A stretch of 64,000 nucleotides of DNA, taken from positions 124,001-188,000 of the IMG/VR virus record IMGVR_UViG_3300049460_000128; one strand, given 5' to 3'. Each line of letters starts with the position of its first letter. The first letter of the stretch is position 1. The position numbers and the translations under genes were made by a program. The notes beneath the pieces were generated by a model, which worked only from the letters and a program-made list of their open reading frames with translations, had not been told where the DNA came from and did no database searches. Shown in pieces: positions 40,938 to 49,694 of the stretch.

Positions 40938-42129
40938 GATTACTTGTTTGGCGCCCTGGGTCCATGGGTTTGCCACTAATAAACTAAAGGGACTCTGCTG
41001 CATTGCAGGCAACATGCAGCCGTTCGAAGCACATTCCGAATTCTGGAATGGAGACTACATGCGTGAGGTTAGGACTAAATTCCTAGCTGGCAAAACAATA
41101 CCTGAATGCTCGCTGTGTTTCGCCCACAGTAATAGGGAAGAAGACAACCGATACTATCAGGTCTTTGATCGAGACTATGGGCACCTAGTCGATGACATCA
41201 AAACATCAACTGATGCTGAAACCGGAGCAACTACGTTTCAGCCAGTGTACTTGGATTATCGACACTCGCTATGCAATTTGAAGTGCAAGACATGTTCGTC
41301 ACATTCGTCTAGTTCAATAGCATCAACATCACGTATGATCCCCATAGTGTCATACAAGTCAGTATTCGCAGATCACCTATCGGACTTGAAAGCCGTCATC
41401 ACCGACAAGACACAGAAGATATATTGGGCTGGTGGTGAACCGTTAATGAGCCCAGTGCATTGGGAAATACTTGAACATATGAAAGACAGACAGTTTTTCA
41501 ATGCTCATATGACGTACAATACAAACGCCACCAAATTAACCAATGACGAAATGTTTGATCAAGCGGTCAATTATTTCAAAATGTTCAACTCGCATGTGGG
41601 AATAAGTGTTGACGGTATAGACGAAGTCAACGATTATATTAGAGCAGGTTCAGATTGGAAATCCATTAATGCCACGATCAAAAAGTTATTGGGAGCATTG
41701 GGACGTCATGTCATCAGTTTAGACATAACCATGACTAACCTGACCTTCCTCCAATTGCCGGCGATAATTCAATACGCAATTGATACTGGATTGGAACATT
41801 GCTATTTCAAAAACATGATTGAATTTGAAGGTGACGTTCATGATGGGCAAATATACGATGACAATACGTACTTGAGTGTCAGCCTGATTTCACCCGCAAC
41901 ATTCAACACCATATCCAATGAGGTGACTGCAATACTAGCAAATTCAACTCTCCAAACAAACATCAGTTCGTTGTTGGTCTTCATTCAGAATCAATGCATT
42001 GGGCGAGAATTTACTGACCACGAACGGCAGGCAATTGTGGACTTTGAACAACGTCACAATGACACTCTATCACTGTATGACATAGTTCGTCACCAGGCGC
42101 TGCCTGGCACGGTCGTTGACACTCTTTGA
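40930..42129 (+). CDS. radical SAM enzyme with N-terminal twitch-like domain (5 of 5)
   Basis: CNLKCKTC, WAGGEPLM, YNTNAT, ISVDG; CLAPW...LCCI...ECSLC. Confidence 0.88.
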   Translation: MSKITCLAPWVHGFATNKLKGLCCIAGNMQPFEAHSEFWNGDYMREVRTKFLAGKTIPECSLCFAHSNREEDNRYYQVFDRDYGHLVDDIKTSTDAETGATTFQPVYLDYRHSLCNLKCKTCSSHSSSSIASTSRMIPIVSYKSVFADHLSDLKAVITDKTQKIYWAGGEPLMSPVHWEILEHMKDRQFFNAHMTYNTNATKLTNDEMFDQAVNYFKMFNSHVGISVDGIDEVNDYIRAGSDWKSINATIKKLLGALGRHVISLDITMTNLTFLQLPAIIQYAIDTGLEHCYFKNMIEFEGDVHDGQIYDDNTYLSVSLISPATFNTISNEVTAILANSTLQTNISSLLVFIQNQCIGREFTDHERQAIVDFEQRHNDTLSLYDIVRHQALPGTVVDTL

Positions 42130-42170
42130 CGTTGGATGCACCCATGAGCCAAGTCATGGCATACAGTCGT

Positions 42171-42200
42171 AAAAAAGCCCAGGACGTCCTGGGCTTTTTT
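42171..42200. terminator. bidirectional intrinsic terminator
   Basis: Perfect palindrome AAAAAAGCCCAGGACGTCCTGGGCTTTTTT between convergent genes. Confidence 0.9.
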
Positions 42201-42213
42201 GTGATGAAGTTGC

Positions 42214-44004
42214 TTAGTTGTTGGTGATTTTGATGTTGTACGTTGCGTCGAAGCTTTCAACATCGCTACCGACTGGAATCAACCAGTTGACCCAATACAT
42301 GCCGTTCGAGTAAGTGCCCGTATGGGTGTAGGTGATCGACGAGGTCAAAGTGTTCAGGTTGATCTTCTGGATTGCCGAAGTCGTGTAGTAGTTCTTGCCG
42401 TAGTTCGCTGGGCCGCCTTCGATATTGGTGCGCAGCAGGTACATGTTGCCGCCGTTTACGACCATGTCCAGTGGGAAACCGTAGTCGATACTTGCTGGCA
42501 GTGGCGTGACCTTGGTGTTCACGAACGAGTCATTGCCGTCGTTCTGGATGATCATGGTGTTACGCACGTTCACTGCATTCGGGCCGCTGTCTTCGCCGCC
42601 AAACCACACGTCGTATTTGCCGGTGCCGAAGTTTACCAGTTCAACTGAAGCAATTGCACGTTTGGTAAAGTCTGGCAGGCGAGTTTTGTCAATTGCAAAC
42701 GTACCATCGCGGTTGTTCTTCAGGAAGAATGGGGTCAGTTGGATCGAATTGTCGGTCACCAGAATGTCCGCATAGCCGGTCGACTTCGAATCGATAGTCG
42801 CTGCTGCGTGGCAGAAGCAAGTCAGTGGCAGCGTAACGTTTTTGTAAGTGCCGTCAGCTTGCGACATCAGTACGTGTGGTTGTTCACCAGCGTATGGAGG
42901 AGCGTCAACACCATGGCAAGCAAAGAACACATCTGGTTTACCGTCGTTGTTGAGGTCAGCAACAACAGCTTTACGTGGGTGAATGCAACCTTTAGTGTCT
43001 TTCAGCAGGGCTGCGGTATTGTCGACCCATTTGCCGGCGGCGTCACGTTTGTAAAAGTGGATCGAACCGTAACGAGTAGGATCAATCTTGCCGTTCACGA
43101 AGTAGTCCAGCGTATGCGTTACCAGGGAGTACGTGCCATCCTGGAAGAAGTCCGCGAATGCTGCTGCATTGCCGCCAGCTACTTCGGCGGGCAACACTTG
43201 CGAGCCGACCGTGGCCGCTGCCGTCACTTTGTTTTCGTACGACGACATTTTCGGAGCAATGTGGCCGGTATTGAACGGGATGTAGTCGAAGCCGTTGATC
43301 AGGCCAGGGTTCACGTTGTTCTTGTTCTCGTCGCTCTCGCTGAAGCCGGTGATTACGTTGGTACGCGGAGTACCACGATCAAGAGCGGCGGTCCACCAGT
43401 CAACGCCGGCTTTCTCGCCTGTGCGATGCAGCACGTTTTGATACAGCAGGTTCGTGTACGCAACGTTGACCACGTTGTCGCCGTACGTGCGTTTGAATTC
43501 GTCGCTGTTCAAGAAACCGTTGGCGATGTCCAGCATGTCATGACCGTTTTGATTGGCGTAGATCCAGAAGCCCAGACCAGCCGGATCAGGTTTGCGGTTG
43601 AACGCCGCTTGATACAGACGGTACACTTGGCCGGCCGAGCCGTTGGTGTCGAATGTCGTGTAGTAGTCCACGAACTTGATCAGGTTGGGATTTTGGTAGG
43701 TCTGGACTTCGTTGGTGCTGTTGTTGGTCACAGTCACGACGCCCGTTTGTTGGTTCTTGTTGATGGTGTAGTTTGCGCGGTAGCCGGTAATGGTCACCAC
43801 ATCGGTTACCACTGGAGCGGCAGCAGCAGCACCTTGCATGACGCGTGGCGTGCCGCCTTGCAGCATACGTTTAATTTCTGGAGGTTGCTCTGGAGCACCT
43901 TGAACGACTTGCGAAGAGGTCGACGGAGCTTGCGAACCACCGCCACCGCAGCCTACCAGGATTGCTGCAAACATCGCGCTTACCAGCAAATTAGAACGTT
44001 TCAT
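42214..44004 (-). CDS. lipoprotein with DUF4214-like domain and FG-GAP/VCBS repeats
   Basis: GAGGAG SD; signal peptide and lipobox LVGC-GGGG; VYRLYQAAFNRKPDPAGLGFW, LYQNVLHR; ADFFQDG and ADLNNDGKPDV repeats. Confidence 0.85.
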   Translation of the reverse strand: MKRSNLLVSAMFAAILVGCGGGGSQAPSTSSQVVQGAPEQPPEIKRMLQGGTPRVMQGAAAAAPVVTDVVTITGYRANYTINKNQQTGVVTVTNNSTNEVQTYQNPNLIKFVDYYTTFDTNGSAGQVYRLYQAAFNRKPDPAGLGFWIYANQNGHDMLDIANGFLNSDEFKRTYGDNVVNVAYTNLLYQNVLHRTGEKAGVDWWTAALDRGTPRTNVITGFSESDENKNNVNPGLINGFDYIPFNTGHIAPKMSSYENKVTAAATVGSQVLPAEVAGGNAAAFADFFQDGTYSLVTHTLDYFVNGKIDPTRYGSIHFYKRDAAGKWVDNTAALLKDTKGCIHPRKAVVADLNNDGKPDVFFACHGVDAPPYAGEQPHVLMSQADGTYKNVTLPLTCFCHAAATIDSKSTGYADILVTDNSIQLTPFFLKNNRDGTFAIDKTRLPDFTKRAIASVELVNFGTGKYDVWFGGEDSGPNAVNVRNTMIIQNDGNDSFVNTKVTPLPASIDYGFPLDMVVNGGNMYLLRTNIEGGPANYGKNYYTTSAIQKINLNTLTSSITYTHTGTYSNGMYWVNWLIPVGSDVESFDATYNIKITNN

Positions 44005-44170
44005 TTCATCTCCTCGTGTGTACAATAGTTCATATGGTACGTTCATCTAAAGAAGAAATCAAGTGCATTCATTGCTCTACTGCAAAAAGCATACACTCTT
44101 GTATTCTAAGTAAGCCTGATTTCACCAGTTTACGGGCTCCAGCTTGCATGTTCGTAGCTGGTAACGTTGT

Positions 44171-44713
44171 TTACATACAACAATTAATGGCTTCACTGAC
44201 CGTCAAACTTGCAAGATAATACCGGTATCCAGCTGGTTGATTACTATCTTGCATGATATTCATCATGCGGGTTGGATCATACCACTCCCGCAATTCACTA
44301 TGACGAAGACACAACATCTGCCATGGCATCACTTTCATATTCTGAAATATGGCATCACGATGATTCTCAATCAATCGATGCCTGTTCGCACTGTCAAGCA
44401 ACCATGACCAGTCACCACTAGTAAGACATGATGTGTCAAGCTGTAAAAATGGATGTTCGAGGAGCAATGAACGAATGGCATAGATATTCAGACGGCTGGT
44501 GTCAATACGATTCAACCATTTGATATCCCGACCAAGCATGATCTTGATGCCATGACTATCCATATTCTCAACCGCAACCACATGGGCAATGTCCGGATAG
44601 TCATAGGCGATGACGTCAAACTTCACATCTTCAATCTCGTTGATCACCAGCGCGGCTGCAACGGGGCCTGATGTTTCATAGATGGCTTTGAAATCACTAT
44701 ACAGCATCGGCAC
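44171..44713 (-). CDS. hypothetical protein
   Basis: 180-aa ORF in a run of overlapping minus-strand ORFs. Confidence 0.65.
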   Translation of the reverse strand: MPMLYSDFKAIYETSGPVAAALVINEIEDVKFDVIAYDYPDIAHVVAVENMDSHGIKIMLGRDIKWLNRIDTSRLNIYAIRSLLLEHPFLQLDTSCLTSGDWSWLLDSANRHRLIENHRDAIFQNMKVMPWQMLCLRHSELREWYDPTRMMNIMQDSNQPAGYRYYLASLTVSEAINCCM

Positions 44714-44894
44714 GCCAACCCCTAGCTATGAATATGACCTTGGGTCCAGCATGGCCCATTGCCCCAAATAATGGTTGCCCATCCTCAGATACTACCGAGT
44801 AGTTGCCAATCCCACATGGCACATGTGCTCGATATCTCACATAGTCAAAGAACGGATCCCATGAACGACCATGCGAATTCTTTACATCAGGCAT
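44697..44894 (-). CDS. hypothetical protein
   Basis: Likely start MPDVKN, overlapping the upstream stop. Confidence 0.5.
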   Translation of the reverse strand: MPDVKNSHGRSWDPFFDYVRYRAHVPCGIGNYSVVSEDGQPLFGAMGHAGPKVIFIARGWRADAV

Positions 44895-45078
44895 CGTAGT
44901 CATCATCATACTCGTCGTCATCTTCGTGCTCATCTGGTGATTCAATCCAAGTAACAAACGACGTAATGAATAAGACAATGGTGGTCAACACATTACAGAC
45001 GAATACCCAACCACCATCTGATGCCGTGGACCCACTAATCCAGATCCAAATAAGACCAAGAAATCCCCAAAAGTTCAT
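44887..45078 (-). CDS. small membrane protein with acidic tail
   Basis: Two hydrophobic segments, then DEHEDDDEYDDDYDA. Confidence 0.65.
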   Translation of the reverse strand: MNFWGFLGLIWIWISGSTASDGGWVFVCNVLTTIVLFITSFVTWIESPDEHEDDDEYDDDYDA

Positions 45079-45314
45079 TTCTTATCCTTCATATTATCCC
45101 ACCCACAACACATTGGATCCCAACATGCAGGGTCAGCGATCACTTCACCAGTCTTGGGATCAATACTCGCTTGACACTCATAATCATCCAACGCACCCTC
45201 AGCGATCATAGCCTCATCACTCATGCCATCATTCACCCCCTCGTAGATGGAAATCAGGTAGACCCCAACACCAACAAGCAAGACAACACCACCCACATAA
45301 AGCCCGGCACTCAT
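45075..45314 (-). CDS. small single-TM protein
   Basis: GGAG SD; LYVGGVVLLVGVGVYLISIY; acidic and Cys-rich tail. Confidence 0.65.
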   Translation of the reverse strand: MSAGLYVGGVVLLVGVGVYLISIYEGVNDGMSDEAMIAEGALDDYECQASIDPKTGEVIADPACWDPMCCGWDNMKDKK

Positions 45315-45535
45315 GGCTTCTCCCCACGATGATGCCCACAACACTTACATGTTTGATCAATGGCAACCGTACCTGAACTCTGATCCATGTAGGTCTTGCA
45401 ATCAGCCTCAAAAATCATATCAGTGATGGCCGCAACACTCGTGGGACCAATCGATGCAGGACGATTCATGAACCAAATCAAGCCGATGATGGCAAGAACC
45501 ACTCCAGCAAGAATTAACAAACAGATACCCAACAT
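45311..45535 (-). CDS. small single-TM protein
   Basis: AGGTG SD; MLGICLLILAGVVLAIIGLIWF; tail with CKCC. Confidence 0.6.
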   Translation of the reverse strand: MLGICLLILAGVVLAIIGLIWFMNRPASIGPTSVAAITDMIFEADCKTYMDQSSGTVAIDQTCKCCGHHRGEKP

Positions 45536-45599
45536 GTTATCACCTATGAAAATGAAAAAACACCCCAGCCATATGAAGACAAGGGTGCATGGAATATGC

Positions 45600-45857
45600 T
45601 TAGGATGCATCAAATGATAACCTGTACAAAACCGCATCATGAGCATGTTCAAAGCGTAATACCACTTCAAACGAATCATCTGGCCCGTATAGTACGACAA
45701 ATCTAGCCAGAATCCCGCTTGAAATCAACCACGATTTTAACTCGATGTCGAATATGGGTTTCCACCCACTCTTACGAAAATACGCATGATGACAATGACG
45801 ATCCAATGGCGTCACATCATTGTCACCCCGTATATGATCCTCTAAGGCCACAACCAA
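45600..45857 (-). CDS. hypothetical protein (F-x-x-x-x-DA-x-L-[FY]-[KR]-L family)
   Basis: C-terminal VVLRFEHAHDAVLYRLS, similar to 59512 and 60466. Confidence 0.65.
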   Translation of the reverse strand: MVVALEDHIRGDNDVTPLDRHCHHAYFRKSGWKPIFDIELKSWLISSGILARFVVLYGPDDSFEVVLRFEHAHDAVLYRLSFDAS

Positions 45858-46922
45858 TTAATTGATCGAAGTCTTGGGCATCGCATGAATGCTGGCTACC
45901 TTGTTGCTCTGCTGAGCAGTGGTGAAACCAAATTGACGACTCTCATCAGTTGTAGACGACAATTGAATCTCCATCATGGCACGCAACTTCTTGGCCGCCC
46001 ACTCAACTTCACACTTGAACACACGAGTGGCAATGATAAACTCACGCATATGTGCCAACGAAAAGCCTTCCGACAAACGAACATACTCGTCAATCTCACT
46101 CTGAGTCAACGACGGCTCCTTATTGGCCAGGTAAATGGCACGAGCAGGCGCAGTAGGCATACCAACACGCATCACAGTATCAAAACGCGATGGACGATTG
46201 ATGAACCGCTTGTCAATGCGCTCCGGATAATTGGTAGTCGCCACATAAATGATGTTGTCAACCTGGTTCTCACCGTCGAGAATGGACAAATACTTGGCCT
46301 CACCATAACACGCAATCAAAGCATCCATATCCTCAAAGATGGCAACAATCTGACGGTCAGGCTCAACACGACGAATCAACTTCAAACACTCACTGGCAAT
46401 GTTGGGATCCTCCACCATATACGCAATGCCACCCATCTTGTTGATCACAATGTCAACAATCTGACTGACCGTAGATGTCTTGCCAGATCCAGGTGGACCC
46501 CACAAAAAGATACCACGCTTATACACCAAATTACGAGCCAAAAACTCACTCTTCAACTCGGCAAAACGAGTGATCTCATCCAACACCGAATCACTCGCAC
46601 TATCAGGCAAATGAATCAAGCCATCAGTGAGGTTGGCTTTCTTGTCCAAGTAATAACCAACACCCTGGCTATAATGACCCGTATACATACCCGTCGGCAA
46701 TACATTGGTGGAATCCTGAACTCCCCAATACATCGAACCACTACGCGCCCAACGCGATGGATTGCTAGAACTCGACTCAATGTCAACACCATCCTCCACC
46801 TCATCATGGTACTGATCACGACGCTTACCAATCGAATTCTCACCAGCCTCAGTACCAAATGCACTAAAGTCAGGTACCTCATTGTCCTCAACACTCATTT
46901 CACTTCCCTCACTAGTTGCCAT
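45858..46922 (-). CDS. AAA ATPase
   Basis: Walker A GPPGSGKT, Walker B AIFEDMD, second region of homology ATTNYPERID...RPSRFD. Confidence 0.9.
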   Translation of the reverse strand: MATSEGSEMSVEDNEVPDFSAFGTEAGENSIGKRRDQYHDEVEDGVDIESSSSNPSRWARSGSMYWGVQDSTNVLPTGMYTGHYSQGVGYYLDKKANLTDGLIHLPDSASDSVLDEITRFAELKSEFLARNLVYKRGIFLWGPPGSGKTSTVSQIVDIVINKMGGIAYMVEDPNIASECLKLIRRVEPDRQIVAIFEDMDALIACYGEAKYLSILDGENQVDNIIYVATTNYPERIDKRFINRPSRFDTVMRVGMPTAPARAIYLANKEPSLTQSEIDEYVRLSEGFSLAHMREFIIATRVFKCEVEWAAKKLRAMMEIQLSSTTDESRQFGFTTAQQSNKVASIHAMPKTSIN

Positions 46923-47025
46923 ATGCCATACTGTACTGGCATCCTATACTATCCTCAATACACAATATACCAACTACACTGCCATATTCTTAAAACTATC
47001 AAGAGATAGAAAGAAGAATAGATAT

Positions 47026-47109
47026 GATATTCTTGACGAAATATGTCGTTTTATAGTGATTTGATGTCGTAAACTCCAGGTAGGTTTTTGAAATCTCGTC
47101 AAGAATATC
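47026..47109. repeat. 14-bp perfect inverted repeat with 56-bp spacer
   Basis: GATATTCTTGACGA (47026-47039) and TCGTCAAGAATATC (47096-47109). Confidence 0.85.
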
Positions 47110-47208
47110 GTCAGATTCACAAAATTCCATCAAGTGAACAATCACAAGATAATTTGCGAAGCCAGCACGTCATGTTAATCTGGTATCATAATAACAACAA
47201 CATGACCT

Positions 47209-48768
47209 ATGACTCCTACAGAACAACAAATCACATGCGTGGAATCACTCTCCACCAACGACTTAATTAAGATCGATGCAGTGGCCGGTAGTGGCAAAAC
47301 TTCCACCCTGGTAATGATCTCAGAGCAGTACAAACAACACTCACTCTACTGTGCCTTCAATAAAGTAACCGCAACAGAAGCCAGTCAGAAATTTGGTAAT
47401 CATGTTGTATGCCAAACTACTCACTCGATGGCCTATGCGGTCTTTGGTGGACTGCTGCGTCATAAGCTGGCTCGTCCAGTAGGCGGCTATGTGAACGTTG
47501 CTGGTACTGGTAGCGAGATTGGCAAGTATTACAAGATGATGGCTGGTACTCTGACCAAAGCTCAGTTGGGCATGTTTGTCAAGAATACCGTCGCAGCCTT
47601 TGAACAAAGCGCGGATGACTTCATCACCATGGACCACGTAGACGAATACTCGATCACGAAGGCAATCAAACGCCTGTCAGGACGTGACGATCTCAACAAG
47701 GTTGAACTCAAGTTGCTTACCTACACGAGCAAACTGGTGTTTGACACGGCTAAGTCATTGTGGTCAGCCAGAATCGATCCCAAGAGTAAAGTGTTGGCCA
47801 CGCATGACACGTACTTGAAGCTGTATCAACTGTCGAAGCCAGTTCTGGGTTACCAAATTGTTTACCTGGATGAAGCTGCGGATACCACTCCATGCGTACT
47901 TGATATCGTGATGCGTCAACAGGAGACTGCCAAGGTAGTTCTCGTGGGTGATGATCGACAGGCTATCTACCAATGGCGCGGCGCCGTAAATGCAATGTCG
48001 TTGATTCATGGTCTCACGTTGCCATTGAGTCAGTCGTTCCGTTATGGTCAAGAGATTGCTGATGTTGCAATGGCAGTATTGGGTAACACCACTAAGGTGA
48101 TTGGCAATCCAGCAATCAAGAGTAAAGCTGCTCGTGGCATTATCGACACTACCAAGCCATACACTCGTCTGTTCCGCACCAACAGTCATTTGCTGTCTGA
48201 GGCCGTTGCTGCATTGAGTCGTGGTGAGTCGCTCAACATTGAAATCGACACCAAGGACTTCATCAAGATGCTGACAAGTGCCATGGCACTGCATGGCAAT
48301 GACCTGAACAATGTCAAGCATGAGCGCATCATGCCGTTTGCCAAATGGGAAGACATGATCGAAGAAGGCCAGTATGACCGTGAGATTGGTCGTTTGGTTA
48401 AGATCATTAAAGATGGCAAAGCACAGAATATTATCAACGTGTTGACCAACTACAAACCACCGCTCAATGCCCTGATCACTATGACCACTGCGCACAAGAG
48501 CAAGGGTCGTGAATGGAAGCAAGTTCGTCTTGAGGATGACTTCCCTAGCCATCTGAAGGGCAATACCAAGGATAAGACGATCACTTGGGTGGGATTGAGT
48601 GAATCCGAGCAGAATATCCTGTACGTGGCAGTCACTCGTGCAATTGACTTCCTTGAGATCAACACCTCAGTACAAGAGGCGATCGACTTCCAGAATGGCA
48701 AGTATGACGATGACCAGCAAGCACAATGGTCTGAAGATGAATATCAACAACTGCTGTCTACCAATTGA
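47209..48768 (+). CDS. superfamily 1 (UvrD/Rep-like) helicase
   Basis: AVAGSGKT, YLDEAAD, VGDDRQAIYQWRGA, LSQSFR, TAHKSKGREW, LYVAVTRA. Confidence 0.92.
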   Translation: MTPTEQQITCVESLSTNDLIKIDAVAGSGKTSTLVMISEQYKQHSLYCAFNKVTATEASQKFGNHVVCQTTHSMAYAVFGGLLRHKLARPVGGYVNVAGTGSEIGKYYKMMAGTLTKAQLGMFVKNTVAAFEQSADDFITMDHVDEYSITKAIKRLSGRDDLNKVELKLLTYTSKLVFDTAKSLWSARIDPKSKVLATHDTYLKLYQLSKPVLGYQIVYLDEAADTTPCVLDIVMRQQETAKVVLVGDDRQAIYQWRGAVNAMSLIHGLTLPLSQSFRYGQEIADVAMAVLGNTTKVIGNPAIKSKAARGIIDTTKPYTRLFRTNSHLLSEAVAALSRGESLNIEIDTKDFIKMLTSAMALHGNDLNNVKHERIMPFAKWEDMIEEGQYDREIGRLVKIIKDGKAQNIINVLTNYKPPLNALITMTTAHKSKGREWKQVRLEDDFPSHLKGNTKDKTITWVGLSESEQNILYVAVTRAIDFLEINTSVQEAIDFQNGKYDDDQQAQWSEDEYQQLLSTN

Positions 48769-48775
48769 GAGAAAT

Positions 48776-49336
48776 ATGAAAGTTAACCGTCAACATAAAG
48801 TCATCACACCAACAACAGCCATTGAAGTGTTTGACATCTGGGCTGACCCATCCAGTATGGACTACACATCGGGTGGTAGCATGTGTGCCAACTTTGCTGC
48901 TCAACGATATGCTGATGTCACGTATGAAGAGGCCAAGTCGTGGAGTCTGGAGTTTGTGAAGTCGGGTCATGAAGAAATGTTTGCTCAACTCAATGACGCA
49001 TACGATATGTTTACCAGCTATTCGTTGTTGTATGGTCAGGATGATCAAGATGAAGAAGGCCGGCCGGTTCGCCCGGCTGAAAATGCCATTTTGCGAGTAG
49101 CTCAGGCATTTGCCAAGAACCCAGAAAATTATAGGGTTATCGTGGATGAGAACGAAGATGGTATGCTGTTTGTTGAGCTTACGAATGCTAAACAGAATCG
49201 CTTCGCGTTCACGATTCTGGAAGACTACGAGATCTTCTGGGCATTCTACAAATGGCGTGAAACCAATTGGGCACTTCAGAAAGCTGCTGCCAAGAAAGCA
49301 AGTGCTGATCGCTTCTTGGAAGACCTCAAGGACTGA
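48776..49336 (+). CDS. hypothetical protein
   Basis: Start MKVNRQ just after the helicase stop. Confidence 0.7.
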   Translation: MKVNRQHKVITPTTAIEVFDIWADPSSMDYTSGGSMCANFAAQRYADVTYEEAKSWSLEFVKSGHEEMFAQLNDAYDMFTSYSLLYGQDDQDEEGRPVRPAENAILRVAQAFAKNPENYRVIVDENEDGMLFVELTNAKQNRFAFTILEDYEIFWAFYKWRETNWALQKAAAKKASADRFLEDLKD

Positions 49337-49356
49337 CTAGGCAGTCACCAGTAAGC

Positions 49357-49381
49357 AAAGGGCCGCATCTGCGGCCCTTTT
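49357..49381. terminator. bidirectional terminator
   Basis: AAAGGGCCGC-ATCT-GCGGCCCTTTT between convergent genes. Confidence 0.85.
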
Positions 49382-49382
49382 G

Positions 49383-49694
49383 TCATGTTGCTTCAAAGTT
49401 TCCATCCCACAAGAAATGGTATGCTTCCGCCATATTGGGAGATATGCGAGCAATTTCCATCCAGTCTTCTTCACTAAAGCGCTTGAGAGTGGTGAACATC
49501 GTCGTTATGGCACTTTGATTGTACATGTGCGCCATCCATGTTGGCGACAACGAATCCCCGAAGTTCACTGCTCGATTCCAGTCAGCATCTGACTGATCAC
49601 GATGATCTTCGAGTGTGTATGACAATTCATCGAGCCGTATTTTTGCCATAACGGGCTCAATTTCATACAGATCAATGAACTCCATTAGGGTCAT
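49383..49694 (-). CDS. hypothetical protein
   Basis: 103 aa, ATGA overlap with the upstream ORF. Confidence 0.65.
   Translation of the reverse strand: MTLMEFIDLYEIEPVMAKIRLDELSYTLEDHRDQSDADWNRAVNFGDSLSPTWMAHMYNQSAITTMFTTLKRFSEEDWMEIARISPNMAEAYHFLWDGNFEAT

Noticed and set aside
35887-42129. Radical SAM genes as QueE, NrdG, MoaA or viperin-like enzymes
   Set aside because: The N-terminal Cys-rich domain and lengths do not fit, and no queC/queD/folE, nrdD or moaC partners are present in the window.
42739-44028. 429-aa plus-strand ORF
   Set aside because: Antisense to the lipoprotein gene; expected from its codon bias.
45885-47009. 374-aa plus-strand ORF rich in Thr/Asn/His/Leu
   Set aside because: Antisense to the AAA ATPase and a by-product of the local strand skew.
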